Source: a virus
IMG/VR virus record: IMGVR_UViG_3300035156_000123
Location: 1 to 41,562 of that record
Length of the DNA: 41,562 nucleotides
Strand: one strand, 5' to 3'
Made by a program: the position numbers and the translations under genes. Shown here one piece after another: positions 30,874 through 40,398 of the stretch. The notes beneath the pieces are model-generated. The model searched no databases, had not been told where the DNA came from, and was given only the letters and a program-made list of their open reading frames with translations. Positions within the stretch are counted from its first letter, which is position 1, and each line of letters starts with the position of its first letter.

Positions 30874-33020
30874 GCAAAACCTATCGCATCAGCACTCCGG
30901 ACGGCAAGGTTATTCAGGTCGAAGGCCCGGAGGACGCGACCGACGAGGAACTGGTCGCGTTTGCGCGTTCGCAGATTGGCGATGCGTACAAGAATGATGC
31001 GGTGGTCAAGGGGCCGGATGTTGCCGGCGCAGCGAAGGGGCCGGATGATTCCAACCTGCTCGGCTTCGGGGTAGACGACGGCAAGCGGTCGCCAAAATCC
31101 AACCTTCAAAGCCTGATCATGCAGGGGCTGACGTTCGGCGGTATGGACGAAATCATGGGCGGCGCGAACGCGATCGGTAACGCGGTTGCCGCGCCGTTCA
31201 TGTCCAGCGTCAATTTCGACCCATACGGTGCCTATAATCGCGGTCGCGATGAAGAGAACGCGATCGTCGCCAAGACCCGGCAGGACCACCCTTGGCTTAG
31301 CGCAGGGTCGGAGTTGATCGGCAACCTGCTTACTGGCGGCGCTGCGGTGGCCGGACCTCGGTCACTATTGGGTGCGACGAAGGCGGCAGCGAAGACTGGC
31401 GCTGTGGGAGGTGCGGCGTACGGTTTTAATACCGGGGACGGCATCAACAATCGGATGGTCGGAGGCGGCATCGGCGCGCTCGCCGGGGGTGCGTTGGGCG
31501 CGGCTCTGCCGGCGCTGTTCCAGCAGGGCGCAAGGCCGATCCAGGCTGCTATCGACTATCTGCGCCCCAACAACGGCCTAGGCGGGCAATTGGTCGCCAG
31601 ATCGCTCCTTCAGGACGGTATTTCCCCCCGCAATGCCGGCGCGGCTATGGATGCTGCGCGTGCGCGGGGCGTTCCTCTCACGCTGGCGGATCTTGGCGAA
31701 AATACGCGGGGGCTCGCGGGTGCTGTATCAAGGAAGCCTGGTCGTGCGCGTACGATTGCCCGCGAGGCCGTCACCGGCCGGCAGGCAGAGCAGGGTGAGC
31801 GGGTTCAAGGGGCGTTAGAGCGCGATCTTGGCCCAACTGGGTATGTTCCGCAGCTTTCCGACGACTTGCGTACCCAGGCGCGAGCTGCCGCCTCCCCGTT
31901 GTACGAGAAGGCATATTCGGCGCCCGCTATCTCGTCGCCGGAATTGGAATCGCTCCTTGCTACCCCAGCCGGGCGGCAGGCTTTGGCCCGTGCGCGTACG
32001 ATTGCGGCCAACGAACGGAAAGACCCGTCCAAGCTGGGGTTCGCGCTCGACAAAGACGGCGGGGTCGTCCTTTCGCCTGACATGTCGCTGGCAGCCAATG
32101 GCGATGTGATCCGAGAGGCGCAGCGCGCACCTGCATACACTCCGGAAACTCTGGACTATGTGAAACGCGGCCTAGACGACGTGCTGGAAAGCAAGCGCGA
32201 TATGGTGACGCGTAGGCTCCCGACCGATGAGGATACCCGCGCGGTCAACGGCGTACGGCAATCATTCGTTTCGGAACTTGACCGTCTGAACCCCGACTAC
32301 AAGGCAGCGCGGGCGGCATATCAGGGGCCGGCGCGGGCTGCACAGTCGCTGGAGGCCGGGAAAAAGGCTGTTGGTGCATCGGCAGATGACATTGCGCGCA
32401 TGACGGCTGGAATGACGGATGTCGATCGCGCGCAGTTCGCTCTTGGGCACAGGTCGGCATTATCGGAAATGCTCGCCCGTCGCGTGGATGGGAGCAACAA
32501 GGCAGCAGCGCTTATCGGTTCGCCGCGCAAGCGGGATGCTATCGCCGAAGCCTATGGCGCTACTGGTAACGTGCCCCGCTTCGGCCAGACCCTTGATGAT
32601 GAAAACGCGGCCTATCAGACATATCACGCGATTACTGGCGGATCGCAGACGGCAAACCGCTTGGCCGATGATGCCGCAATCGATGACGGCGCCCTACTTC
32701 AAGATGTTACGGGCAGCGTGGTCAAGGGCGTGGCGAACGGGGGAATTTCCGGGGGCATCGCCGAGTTGATCGGGCGTGCCCGCGATGTCGGCAAATTCGG
32801 AGCCGGCAAAACCGGCGAGCGCGCACGCGAGAGCGCTGGCACTCTCCTGTTCGAGCAAAGCCCTGCGGCTGTCGCGGATGCTCTGCGGAACGCCCGACAG
32901 ATTGAGCTTCAGCAGCGTATTGCGCGGCTTAGGGCGAACCAGCGGCTGGTTGAAACTGCCAGTTTGCTGGGCCGGAGTGCTGGCGGCGCCGCTGCTTACG
33001 GAGCCCGCCCTGTCGAGTGA
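30870..33020 (+). CDS. Large internal virion / ejection protein candidate
   Basis: 716 aa with glycine-zipper hydrophobic segments (LTGGAAVAG...GGGIGALAGGALGAALPALF). Its position upstream of the fibre is typical of podovirus internal proteins. Confidence 0.6.
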   Translation: MSKTYRISTPDGKVIQVEGPEDATDEELVAFARSQIGDAYKNDAVVKGPDVAGAAKGPDDSNLLGFGVDDGKRSPKSNLQSLIMQGLTFGGMDEIMGGANAIGNAVAAPFMSSVNFDPYGAYNRGRDEENAIVAKTRQDHPWLSAGSELIGNLLTGGAAVAGPRSLLGATKAAAKTGAVGGAAYGFNTGDGINNRMVGGGIGALAGGALGAALPALFQQGARPIQAAIDYLRPNNGLGGQLVARSLLQDGISPRNAGAAMDAARARGVPLTLADLGENTRGLAGAVSRKPGRARTIAREAVTGRQAEQGERVQGALERDLGPTGYVPQLSDDLRTQARAAASPLYEKAYSAPAISSPELESLLATPAGRQALARARTIAANERKDPSKLGFALDKDGGVVLSPDMSLAANGDVIREAQRAPAYTPETLDYVKRGLDDVLESKRDMVTRRLPTDEDTRAVNGVRQSFVSELDRLNPDYKAARAAYQGPARAAQSLEAGKKAVGASADDIARMTAGMTDVDRAQFALGHRSALSEMLARRVDGSNKAAALIGSPRKRDAIAEAYGATGNVPRFGQTLDDENAAYQTYHAITGGSQTANRLADDAAIDDGALLQDVTGSVVKGVANGGISGGIAELIGRARDVGKFGAGKTGERARESAGTLLFEQSPAAVADALRNARQIELQQRIARLRANQRLVETASLLGRSAGGAAAYGARPVE

Positions 33021-33178
33021 TGTGTCAGCCGACAATAGACCACCCGAGATGAAACGTGATGCCTACGAAAAAGGCTATGACGGCTACAAATAAGCCGAGC
33101 ATCGCCATCATTGCCAACGGACGTTCACGCCAAGGATCGTTCATACCCTGACGCTACCCCAATTCCCGCCCAACTTCC

Positions 33179-33213
33179 AGCCCGTCCGCTCACCCGAGCA
33201 GGCGGGCTTTTTT
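33179..33213 (+). terminator. Intrinsic terminator 15 nt upstream of the tail-fibre start
   Basis: AGCCCGTCCGCT-CACCCG-AGCAGGCGGGCT forms a 12-bp stem with one mismatch and one G-U pair, followed by a T-run. Confidence 0.8.
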
Positions 33214-33227
33214 GCCCGGAGAAGCCA

Positions 33228-36152
33228 ATGCCTTTCGGCACGTATTCCGCGACCCCAAGCGCGAACACCTCGATCGCGGGAAACAACATCAGCGAGGGTG
33301 GGCCTCCGTCTGCGATCAACAACGCCATCCGCCAGATCATGGCCGATGCGCGTCTGTTTTCCGATAGCATCCCGCCCACGCAGGCGCTTGCAACGCAGGC
33401 CATCCTGGCGTCTGCGACCGTTGGCGTTTACCCGACTGCGGCTGGCTCAAACATCCCGCGCGGGATGCTTCAGGCAGGCGTCGGAACGATCACGCCGGGC
33501 ACTACGGGCACAAACGGCACTTTCCCAGTGACGTGGACGGGCGGTAACTTCCTCATCAATCCGAGCGCGACGTTCACGGTTGCAGGAGGCGTCCTGACCG
33601 CGTTCACCGTTACCGGGCCGGGCCTGCATATCGGCGCAACGGCGACAGTGCCGACCCCTTCCTTCGCGGCCTCGACCGGGCTGACTGGTGCAGCGGTCGC
33701 GTTGACGGCGGATTTCCTGATCGCATCCGGCATCGGTTACTGGGTGGCGCGGGCAGGGGGTGAATGGCTCGACCGCTACACGAACAACAGCGGAGTCGCG
33801 ACCGCTACCCCATCGGTGACATCGATCTATGTTGGCGATCTCAGCGGCGTTGCGACCGTGGCGGCAAACATCGCTGCTGTAACGACCGTTTCTACGAACA
33901 TCGCCGCCATCAATGCCGCGCCGGCCGCAGCTACAGGTGCAGCCGCCAGTGCGCAACTCGCGGCCGATTGGGCGGAGAAGGCAACCCCTCCCGCTGGCGA
34001 CGGGACCAAATCTGCCAAGACGTGGGCAGGTGCCGCGCAAGCCGCTGCCGCTGAACTCGGATCGGCTGCTACCCTTACGACTGTTCTAGACAGCGGCACC
34101 GTCACCGAGATTGCCGGCGACACGATTGTCAATCGCCCGAAACGCGTTGTTGCAAAGGCGAATTTCGGCGCGCTGACAGGCGGCAGTCCTGATGTTTATG
34201 CCAACGGCGACCCATTCATCATTCCCTACTCGTCTGTCGTGCCTGGCCTGCCGAGCGCTGTCGCGGGCGGCGACAATCGGCTTTTCGAGGTTCGCATTCC
34301 AGCCGGGGTGCAAATCACCGGCAGCGGCGCCAAAATCGCTATTTATCTGGTCAATCCTTCGGCACCGCTGAGCTACACAGACGCCGGGAGCCAGCCATTC
34401 TATTCCAGCGGCGTGGACGCCGCGCGCGGACCTCGCCTCGTAGGGACATGGGATTTGTCGGCGTTTCCCACGGGCATTCTGACTCGTGAATTGCTTTTCA
34501 CGCCCGCTACACCTCTGTCTGTCCAGCCCGGCGATATGCTTGGTTTCGGGGCCGTCAACGTCAACCTGCCGATGAGCATCAGCAATGGGCCATCCGGTGC
34601 ATATGCAGGGAATGGCTATGCCGTTGTCGGGATAACCGGAGGCGACCCATCGACGGCGATCGAGGCGATCAACAGTGGCAACCCCCTGTTTCTGTACTTC
34701 GGGCAGGACTCGTCGCGCCGCATCCTTTACACTGCCCTGGTCGCATCCGGCCCGGTCCGCGTGGGGATGACCGGGCCATCCGCGACCGTCACGACCGGTG
34801 CAGACGGGCAGCTTGCCGACATGCGGGTGCTGGGGGCAGTCGCCGACGCGCCGGCACAGATCACGTCGCTCGCGGCCCGCGTCACGACTGCTGAGACGGC
34901 AATCACCAATCTCGGCGGCAACACCGGGCCGAAGGGCGATGCCCAGCACATTCGCGATTATGCGGCGAACGTGGTGATCGGCGCGCATGTGGTGGGCGAC
35001 AACACGGTAACGACCCTGACCGATCGCTTCTCGTCTGCCGATATCGGCAAGACGATCTGGGTAACGCACGCGGACGGTGGCGGGCTGCCTCGCGGAACCA
35101 TCACCGCGATCTTGGCTGGCAACAAGGTGCGGGTATCCACGAACTGGACCCTCAGCGGAAACGGCTCACGGGTCGAATTGGTCTGGGGATCGAACGACAC
35201 GAGCGCCCTGACCGATCTTTGGGGCCAGACGCTCAAGACCGCCATCTTCCGCCCGGCGCCGGGATCGTTCATTTTCACGGCGCCGTTCGCCGACTGGCGC
35301 TCGCAAGGCACTCGCGGCCTCGCCTTCATCGGCGCGGGCATGGATGCGATGAACTTCTTCGCCTCGCCCGACTTCGACTTCTCCCTGATCAGCGGCCAGC
35401 AATATCGCAGCATGCTTGTCATGGCGTCAGGGCAGTCGCCCTTCGAACGCGCCACCTTCTCGGGTTTTTCGATGTTTGGCCCGATGGCTGGCTATTCGCA
35501 AAAGCCCGCAAACACGTCCGCTTTGGTGAACGTCTGGAATGAGGCACTGATCGAGAACGTTCACGTTCAGTCCTTCGCCGGTCTGGACGCTGCTATTGAA
35601 AGCCGAGGCTCGGTTACGCTGAAGCACGTCCGCTCGAAGCAGCATTCGACGCTAGGGACGATCGGGTTCCGCTGCATCGGTGCCGACGTGAATGCCTTCG
35701 ATCTCCACACCGGGAATTGCTCGGGTGCAGGCACGTACATAGGCAACGTCAACAACGTGGGCGGGGTGGGCTTGCGTTGCACGATCGCCAGCAGCCTGTT
35801 CGATGAGAGCAGCGCGGGTGCCCTTATCTTGGACAACTCCGAGGTCAAGATCATCAGCTCCACGGCGTTTGGCGGGCCTCCCGAGGGTGGCACCGCCATG
35901 CGCGGCCTGTCGGCGAAAAACGGTTCGAAGGTTACCTTGATCGGAAGCCGCGTGCTTGGCTACGGCGCGGCTGAAGTGCGGAATGGCGCGCAGACCGACG
36001 CAACCTCTATCCTCAAGGTGCTGGCAGACAGCTCGGTCACTCCAGGCGGTGCGGGTTCGGGCATCGCGCTCGCGAACGCTGGTCAGACGTTCAAGGATGC
36101 AAGTTCGACTATCACCGGGACCGTCACCGGTAACGCGGTGGTCAATCTGTGA
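33228..36152 (+). CDS. Tail fibre / tailspike with a C-terminal beta-helix (pectate-lyase-like) domain
   Basis: I used the internal ATG at 33228, preceded by GGAGAA. The N-terminus MPFGTYSATPSANTSIAGNNISEGGPPSAINNAIRQIMAD is a typical fibre anchor. The C-terminus has repetitive G/N/S/V beta-helix-like rungs. Confidence 0.8.
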   Translation: MPFGTYSATPSANTSIAGNNISEGGPPSAINNAIRQIMADARLFSDSIPPTQALATQAILASATVGVYPTAAGSNIPRGMLQAGVGTITPGTTGTNGTFPVTWTGGNFLINPSATFTVAGGVLTAFTVTGPGLHIGATATVPTPSFAASTGLTGAAVALTADFLIASGIGYWVARAGGEWLDRYTNNSGVATATPSVTSIYVGDLSGVATVAANIAAVTTVSTNIAAINAAPAAATGAAASAQLAADWAEKATPPAGDGTKSAKTWAGAAQAAAAELGSAATLTTVLDSGTVTEIAGDTIVNRPKRVVAKANFGALTGGSPDVYANGDPFIIPYSSVVPGLPSAVAGGDNRLFEVRIPAGVQITGSGAKIAIYLVNPSAPLSYTDAGSQPFYSSGVDAARGPRLVGTWDLSAFPTGILTRELLFTPATPLSVQPGDMLGFGAVNVNLPMSISNGPSGAYAGNGYAVVGITGGDPSTAIEAINSGNPLFLYFGQDSSRRILYTALVASGPVRVGMTGPSATVTTGADGQLADMRVLGAVADAPAQITSLAARVTTAETAITNLGGNTGPKGDAQHIRDYAANVVIGAHVVGDNTVTTLTDRFSSADIGKTIWVTHADGGGLPRGTITAILAGNKVRVSTNWTLSGNGSRVELVWGSNDTSALTDLWGQTLKTAIFRPAPGSFIFTAPFADWRSQGTRGLAFIGAGMDAMNFFASPDFDFSLISGQQYRSMLVMASGQSPFERATFSGFSMFGPMAGYSQKPANTSALVNVWNEALIENVHVQSFAGLDAAIESRGSVTLKHVRSKQHSTLGTIGFRCIGADVNAFDLHTGNCSGAGTYIGNVNNVGGVGLRCTIASSLFDESSAGALILDNSEVKIISSTAFGGPPEGGTAMRGLSAKNGSKVTLIGSRVLGYGAAEVRNGAQTDATSILKVLADSSVTPGGAGSGIALANAGQTFKDASSTITGTVTGNAVVNL

Positions 36153-36216
36153 CAGCCCTCCGCATCCTCAACCTCGCCGTGTGGGGCCGGCTCCTCTTGA
36201 ATACGCGGGGTCAGAG

Positions 36217-36570
36217 ATGTGGCTAGAGCCTCGCGTCCTGATTGGCCCATGCCTGATCATAGTCGGAGCGTTTATGTTGGGCATCGCGTATCGACTGTGG
36301 GCAGTCCATCCGCTCAACCGCGTCTTCCGGTTGGGCCCATTCATCACCGAGCGCGGTCTAAAGGCGGTCCTTGGGATGCGCCCGCTTCTCCTGTCGCTGG
36401 GGCTATTCCTCACGACCTGGGGTGTGGCCGCGCTCTTGTTCTGGACGGTTGCGGGCGGGGATGTGGATTACCCGCCTCTGCGTTTCCTGGGGGCGTTCGC
36501 GTCGGTGTTCGGCATCTGGTCGTCAATCCTCTCCGTCAAGGCGTCGGTGCGTCTCTGGCGCCTAAGCTGA
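36217..36570 (+). CDS. Multi-TM membrane protein (holin candidate)
   Basis: I used the internal ATG at 36217. 117 aa with 3-4 hydrophobic segments, at the head of the lysis cassette. Confidence 0.55.
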   Translation: MWLEPRVLIGPCLIIVGAFMLGIAYRLWAVHPLNRVFRLGPFITERGLKAVLGMRPLLLSLGLFLTTWGVAALLFWTVAGGDVDYPPLRFLGAFASVFGIWSSILSVKASVRLWRLS

Positions 36571-36974
36571 TGGCGGAAACTGTCGCCAATTGGGGCGGAT
36601 GGCTGGTCGGCGTCATCACGCTGGTGTTCGCCTACCTCCGTGATCGCCGGAAGGGCGACGTGGACGAATCCACGCTCATCCTTTCGAAATGGAAGGAGCT
36701 GGTCGAGCAGCATCAGGCCGACATCCGGATGCTGAAAGACGAGTTCGCAATCTACAAGCAAACCGCCATCGCAGAGATCGCGGACCTGCGGACGCGGCTG
36801 ATCCTCGCTGAAAAGCGGATTACCGAACTTGAGACGGAAAACGCCGGGCTCAAGCGCGCCATCGCGCAAAACAGCCAGTCCTCTGCCTTCCTGCTGAACA
36901 AGTCGAAGGCCAACGAAGCCAGCATGCAGAACCAGATCACACGGATCGACAAGAAATCAGGGGGCGGGGATTGA
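36570..36974 (+). CDS. N-terminal TM plus coiled-coil protein (lysis-associated?)
   Basis: The start at 36570 forms a TGATG overlap. The protein has WGGWLVGVITLVFAYL and then heptad-like sequence. Confidence 0.5.
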   Translation: MAETVANWGGWLVGVITLVFAYLRDRRKGDVDESTLILSKWKELVEQHQADIRMLKDEFAIYKQTAIAEIADLRTRLILAEKRITELETENAGLKRAIAQNSQSSAFLLNKSKANEASMQNQITRIDKKSGGGD

Positions 36975-37519
36975 CCGACCAAAAGCATTTGTTCGACGCT
37001 GTACGGGCGATCAAAGGCAGCGCCCTGACGCAGGCGGACGTGGACGCGATCAACGCGGCGCTGGCGGGCGGGTCTCCATCCGGCGCGATCGACGTTGCGG
37101 ACAAACTGACCCGGCAGTTCGAAGGCTGCGTGTTGAAAGCCTATCCCGATCCCGGCTCTGGCGGTGACCCGTGGACGATTGGATTCGGCGCGACGGGCGA
37201 GGGCATCTGCAAAGGTGTGACATGGACGCAAGCGCAGGCCGATGCCCGCCACGTCGCCGATCTCGCCAAGTTTGCGGCGGGCGTGGACAAGCTGATTGGC
37301 ACTGCGCCGACCACGGACAACCAGCGCGGCGCAATGATCTCGCTCGCGTACAATGTTGGATTGGGCAACCTCGGCACCTCCACGCTGCTGAGAAAGCATA
37401 AGGCGGGAGACTATGTCGGGGCGGCGGCTGAGTTCGCCAAGTGGAACAAGGCGGCTGGACGCGTCATGGCAGGGCTGACCCGGCGCCGTGAGGCCGAGCG
37501 CGCGGTGTATGCGTCGTGA
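36971..37519 (+). CDS. GH24 lysozyme-type endolysin
   Basis: TRQFEGCVLKAYPDPGSGGDPWTIGFGATG...ISLAYNVGLGNLGTSTLL is the T4/lambda-lysozyme family signature. TTG start. Confidence 0.9.
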   Translation: MTDQKHLFDAVRAIKGSALTQADVDAINAALAGGSPSGAIDVADKLTRQFEGCVLKAYPDPGSGGDPWTIGFGATGEGICKGVTWTQAQADARHVADLAKFAAGVDKLIGTAPTTDNQRGAMISLAYNVGLGNLGTSTLLRKHKAGDYVGAAAEFAKWNKAAGRVMAGLTRRREAERAVYAS

Positions 37520-37782
37520 CCAAGCCGCACCTCGCACCCGTGACGACGATCTACGAGAAGAACGCGTCGGATGTACCCGCGATGCTTCGCAAGGCGGCTG
37601 ACAGCATCGAAGCGGAAACCGATGACGACGACCGTACGAAAGCAATGATGGCCGTGCAGGTGTCGCATGGTGGCGCAATCGCGATCTATGGCTGGGGGCC
37701 GGTTGACCGGTTCATGGCGATCGGCGTGCTTCAGGCTGCGATCACCAAGCTTGCCGATAACGTCGAGGAGCATGAGGCATGA
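37516..37782 (+). CDS. Hypothetical protein in the lysis cassette
   Basis: 88-aa ORF, coupled on both sides. Confidence 0.5.
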   Translation: MTKPHLAPVTTIYEKNASDVPAMLRKAADSIEAETDDDDRTKAMMAVQVSHGGAIAIYGWGPVDRFMAIGVLQAAITKLADNVEEHEA

Positions 37783-38078
37783 GCGAACCCGGCAAGGAGT
37801 GGCCGCGCCTCGCGCTCACGGCGGCGATCATCGCTTATTTCGGATACGCTCTGCTGTTCCATTGGACGAACGGCATCGAAGAGACGCTGAAGAACATCAC
37901 CATGCTCGCGGTTGGTTTCTGGCTGGGATCGAGCAAGGCGGGCACGGACAGCGGGGCGCGCACCGACAAGGCGCTCGACATCGCAAAGACGGCGCAGGAG
38001 CAATCCCCGTCGCCGCCACCTCAGCCAGACGTGATCTTGGAGCCCGGCGAGACAGCGCAGGCAGGGGGTCGGACATGA
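37779..38078 (+). CDS. Two-TM holin-like protein
   Basis: 99 aa with TM segments LALTAAIIAYFGYALLF and ITMLAVGFWLG and a charged C-terminal tail. Confidence 0.55.
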   Translation: MSEPGKEWPRLALTAAIIAYFGYALLFHWTNGIEETLKNITMLAVGFWLGSSKAGTDSGARTDKALDIAKTAQEQSPSPPPQPDVILEPGETAQAGGRT

Positions 38079-38428
38079 CCGCCATCCTCATCCGCATAGC
38101 CGGCAGCTTCGGAGTACCTGACCGCCTGCGCAAGGTCGTGGGCGGGGTTATCGGCGCCGTGGCCCTGCTTGCTGTCCTAGCGGCTCTGTGGGGCGCCTAC
38201 ACCGTGTGGCTGGGCTGGCATGACCGCCACGTCATCACGCTCGATCGTGCGGTGTCGAATGCCGAGGTGCGCAACGTCCAGATCGGAACCGAGCGCCAAG
38301 CAGGGGCGGACAAGGCAACCCGCGACGACCAGTTCGCGACCAACCAAGCTGAGATCAAGGAGACGACCGATGCGGCTGCTGACAATGGCAATTCTCCTCT
38401 CGACGAGTTGTATCGCCGGCTGCGGTAA
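38075..38428 (+). CDS. i-spanin (Rz-like)
   Basis: I used the ATG at 38075, which forms an ATGA overlap. It has an N-terminal TM (VVGGVIGAVALLAVLAALWGAY) followed by a charged periplasmic domain. Confidence 0.7.
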   Translation: MTAILIRIAGSFGVPDRLRKVVGGVIGAVALLAVLAALWGAYTVWLGWHDRHVITLDRAVSNAEVRNVQIGTERQAGADKATRDDQFATNQAEIKETTDAAADNGNSPLDELYRRLR

Positions 38429-38687
38429 AGAGCCCCCACGGATCGCCGTCCTGACGCCCGATCCTGCCAAGCTGGCGACATGCCCCGCGACGTTCCCCGC
38501 TGCGCCGTCGATCGATCCACTGTCGTCGTTCATGCTGCCCGATGGCCGCGCTGTCGTGCTGCTGTCTACGGTGATCGCTCGCGAGAAGGTGACGGTCGAT
38601 TACATCCTGCTTGGGCGAAGCAGTTGGCATGCGTGCCGGTCGTCTGTCGCCTATGTGCAGGATTGGGTTAAAGGGATGGGGCGGTAG
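38370..38687 (+). CDS. o-spanin (Rz1-like lipoprotein), overlapping the i-spanin 3' end
   Basis: ATG at 38370 with AAGGAG upstream. The signal peptide has the lipobox LSTSCIAGC. It overlaps the i-spanin by 59 nt in another frame. Confidence 0.75.
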   Translation: MRLLTMAILLSTSCIAGCGKEPPRIAVLTPDPAKLATCPATFPAAPSIDPLSSFMLPDGRAVVLLSTVIAREKVTVDYILLGRSSWHACRSSVAYVQDWVKGMGR

Positions 38688-38940
38688 AGGCGATCCCGGT
38701 TCCAACAATCGCTCCACGCTCCTGTTCAAGTTTGCCGTACTCGCGCCGAAGCCGAACCATCTTCTTATGCAGCGCTGATAGCTTCACATTGCGCTCGTCG
38801 GGCATGGCCTCAAGCATCTTGAGTAGCGTCCGCTCAGCCTTTCTCATCGCGGCAACAGCGGCGGCGTAATCGCCGTGCGTTTCGCATTCGAGATAGAACC
38901 CGTCGATAACGGCGGCACCGTCGGCTTCAGACATGCTCAT
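38668..38940 (-). CDS. Hypothetical protein (last gene of the att-distal accessory block)
   Basis: 90-aa ORF. Its 3' end overlaps the o-spanin 3' end convergently by 20 nt. Confidence 0.55.
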   Translation of the reverse strand: MSMSEADGAAVIDGFYLECETHGDYAAAVAAMRKAERTLLKMLEAMPDERNVKLSALHKKMVRLRREYGKLEQERGAIVGTGIASTAPSL

Positions 38941-39059
38941 AGGTCCAAGTTCCTGCGCTCGATCTCGCTCAGCAGCGCCTCAGCCTCCGCGCTCTCTCCG
39001 TCCGTGCGTTGGAAGGCTGCGAGCAATTCGGCATCGGTGAGGGTGGTTGGGTCGGTCAT
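38937..39059 (-). CDS. Small acidic protein, 40 aa (below the track cutoff)
   Basis: My hand translation is MTDPTTLTDAELLAAFQRTDGESAEAEALLSEIERRNLDL. It has ATGA overlaps at both ends. Confidence 0.4.
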   Translation of the reverse strand: MTDPTTLTDAELLAAFQRTDGESAEAEALLSEIERRNLDL

Positions 39060-39193
39060 ACAGGAAACTTATCCGTCCGCCCGCCAAACACAACCCGCAG
39101 CGACCTGACGGGCCTGCCACGACGATCCAGCGCCTGCTTGTGCAATTCCTCCCACGTCTTCGGCAGCGGCTGTCCGCCCGACACTTTCCTCAT
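39056..39193 (-). CDS. Small basic protein, 45 aa (below the track cutoff)
   Basis: My hand translation is MRKVSGGQPLPKTWEELHKQALDRRGRPVRSLRVVFGGRTDKFPV. It has ATGA overlaps at both ends. Confidence 0.35.
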   Translation of the reverse strand: MRKVSGGQPLPKTWEELHKQALDRRGRPVRSLRVVFGGRTDKFPV

Positions 39194-39807
39194 CGGGATT
39201 GGTCCTGTTGTGGGGAGAGTGCGGCGGCAGACAGCACGCCGTCGATGATGCTATCGATCTCGTCATCAGTCAGTTCGGCCAATCGCGCATCCCGGTCGAT
39301 CTGCGCCGCCTTAAGCGCAAACGCCGTCCGGGCCGCTTGCTCCACCTCCCCGATCCCCATACCTGACCGTGCGATAGGGTGGTTTATGGTGGCGTTAAAA
39401 GCGTTTCTGACTAGGCGGTACACGCGGTTGCGAGTTTCGCCGGACTCGATCCAAGACACAATCTCGCGGGCCTTATCTGCTCCCGTCGTGAAATCTGCCG
39501 CATACTGCTGACCGTTTGCCACCCCCTCCACGCCGGGATCTACGCTGGTGTTCGTGTCGGGCTTGGGGGATGCGTCTTCCTCGCATTGGTCACACACGTC
39601 ACTGTCGTTATCTGTGGCGGCGCAGCAACTTCGGCAGGTGTAGTTCATCACTCGCTCCTCCCCCGCCCCGATTGCGGTTGCCTCGCTGGTGGTAGGGGTG
39701 AGGGCGTCTCGCAAGTGGCGGGTCAGAGCGTCGGCGGCGAGTTGGAAGCCGTTGTCGTCTAGCCATTTCGCCGCTTCGATCCAGACAGCAAACGTATCAC
39801 TCGGCAT
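39190..39807 (-). CDS. Hypothetical protein with a central Cys cluster
   Basis: I chose the start at 39805-39807 (MPSDTFAVWIEAAKW...) because AGGAGA lies upstream. It contains YTCRSCC...DVCDQCEED. Confidence 0.55.
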   Translation of the reverse strand: MPSDTFAVWIEAAKWLDDNGFQLAADALTRHLRDALTPTTSEATAIGAGEERVMNYTCRSCCAATDNDSDVCDQCEEDASPKPDTNTSVDPGVEGVANGQQYAADFTTGADKAREIVSWIESGETRNRVYRLVRNAFNATINHPIARSGMGIGEVEQAARTAFALKAAQIDRDARLAELTDDEIDSIIDGVLSAAALSPQQDQSR

Positions 39808-39876
39808 CGGTTTTCTCCTGTTGGGCGTCCCTGTGTCGCCCGTCTTCCTCGATCCCATCGGCATAGGTCTTATCGT

Positions 39877-40398
39877 TCATCGGGAAATATCCTTTTGGGT
39901 GAGGGCGGCGCGGGCGGTGCGTAACGTGCGCAGACGGGCAGTCGCATCCTTCATCGTGATCGCGTCCGACAGCAGGTAGTCGAAGGTCGAAATGATGCTG
40001 CCAGCGCAGAGCCGATACGGACCTTCGGTGGCATAGGTCAGATGCCATACGATGCCGCCACTTTCGTACGACTGCGGGTTGGGAATCGTGCTGAACGCGC
40101 CGCCGCCGATACAAACCTGCGCGGTCATGCCGTCTGCCAAATGAGGCGGAAGACTGTGCCCTACGCGGTATGCGCCGGGAACGTCGGGACCGGGCGTCCA
40201 TTCGATCGCGGGCGCAACGTCGTCATGAAGCCGCTCCACCTGATCTTGGAGGGTGGACGTGGCGGCGATACGGTGACGGGCGATGACCTCTGCGACATCG
40301 TGTTCATACAGCGCGTGAGAGTTTTCGAATGGCACTTCCCCGATCGCCTGCGCCAGGGCCTTGTCTTCCTCTGTTACGATCACCGGTACGTTAGACAT
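39877..40398 (-). CDS. Hypothetical protein
   Basis: 173-aa ORF with ordinary composition and no motif I recognise. Confidence 0.6.
   Translation of the reverse strand: MSNVPVIVTEEDKALAQAIGEVPFENSHALYEHDVAEVIARHRIAATSTLQDQVERLHDDVAPAIEWTPGPDVPGAYRVGHSLPPHLADGMTAQVCIGGGAFSTIPNPQSYESGGIVWHLTYATEGPYRLCAGSIISTFDYLLSDAITMKDATARLRTLRTARAALTQKDISR

Noticed and set aside
32776-33093. 105-aa alternate-frame ORF at the end of the 716-aa gene, including a 14-codon mini-ORF (MKRDAYEKGYDGYK) in the intergenic region
   Set aside because: Most of it overlaps the 716-aa gene out of frame with junk composition. The mini-ORF is too short to support from sequence alone.
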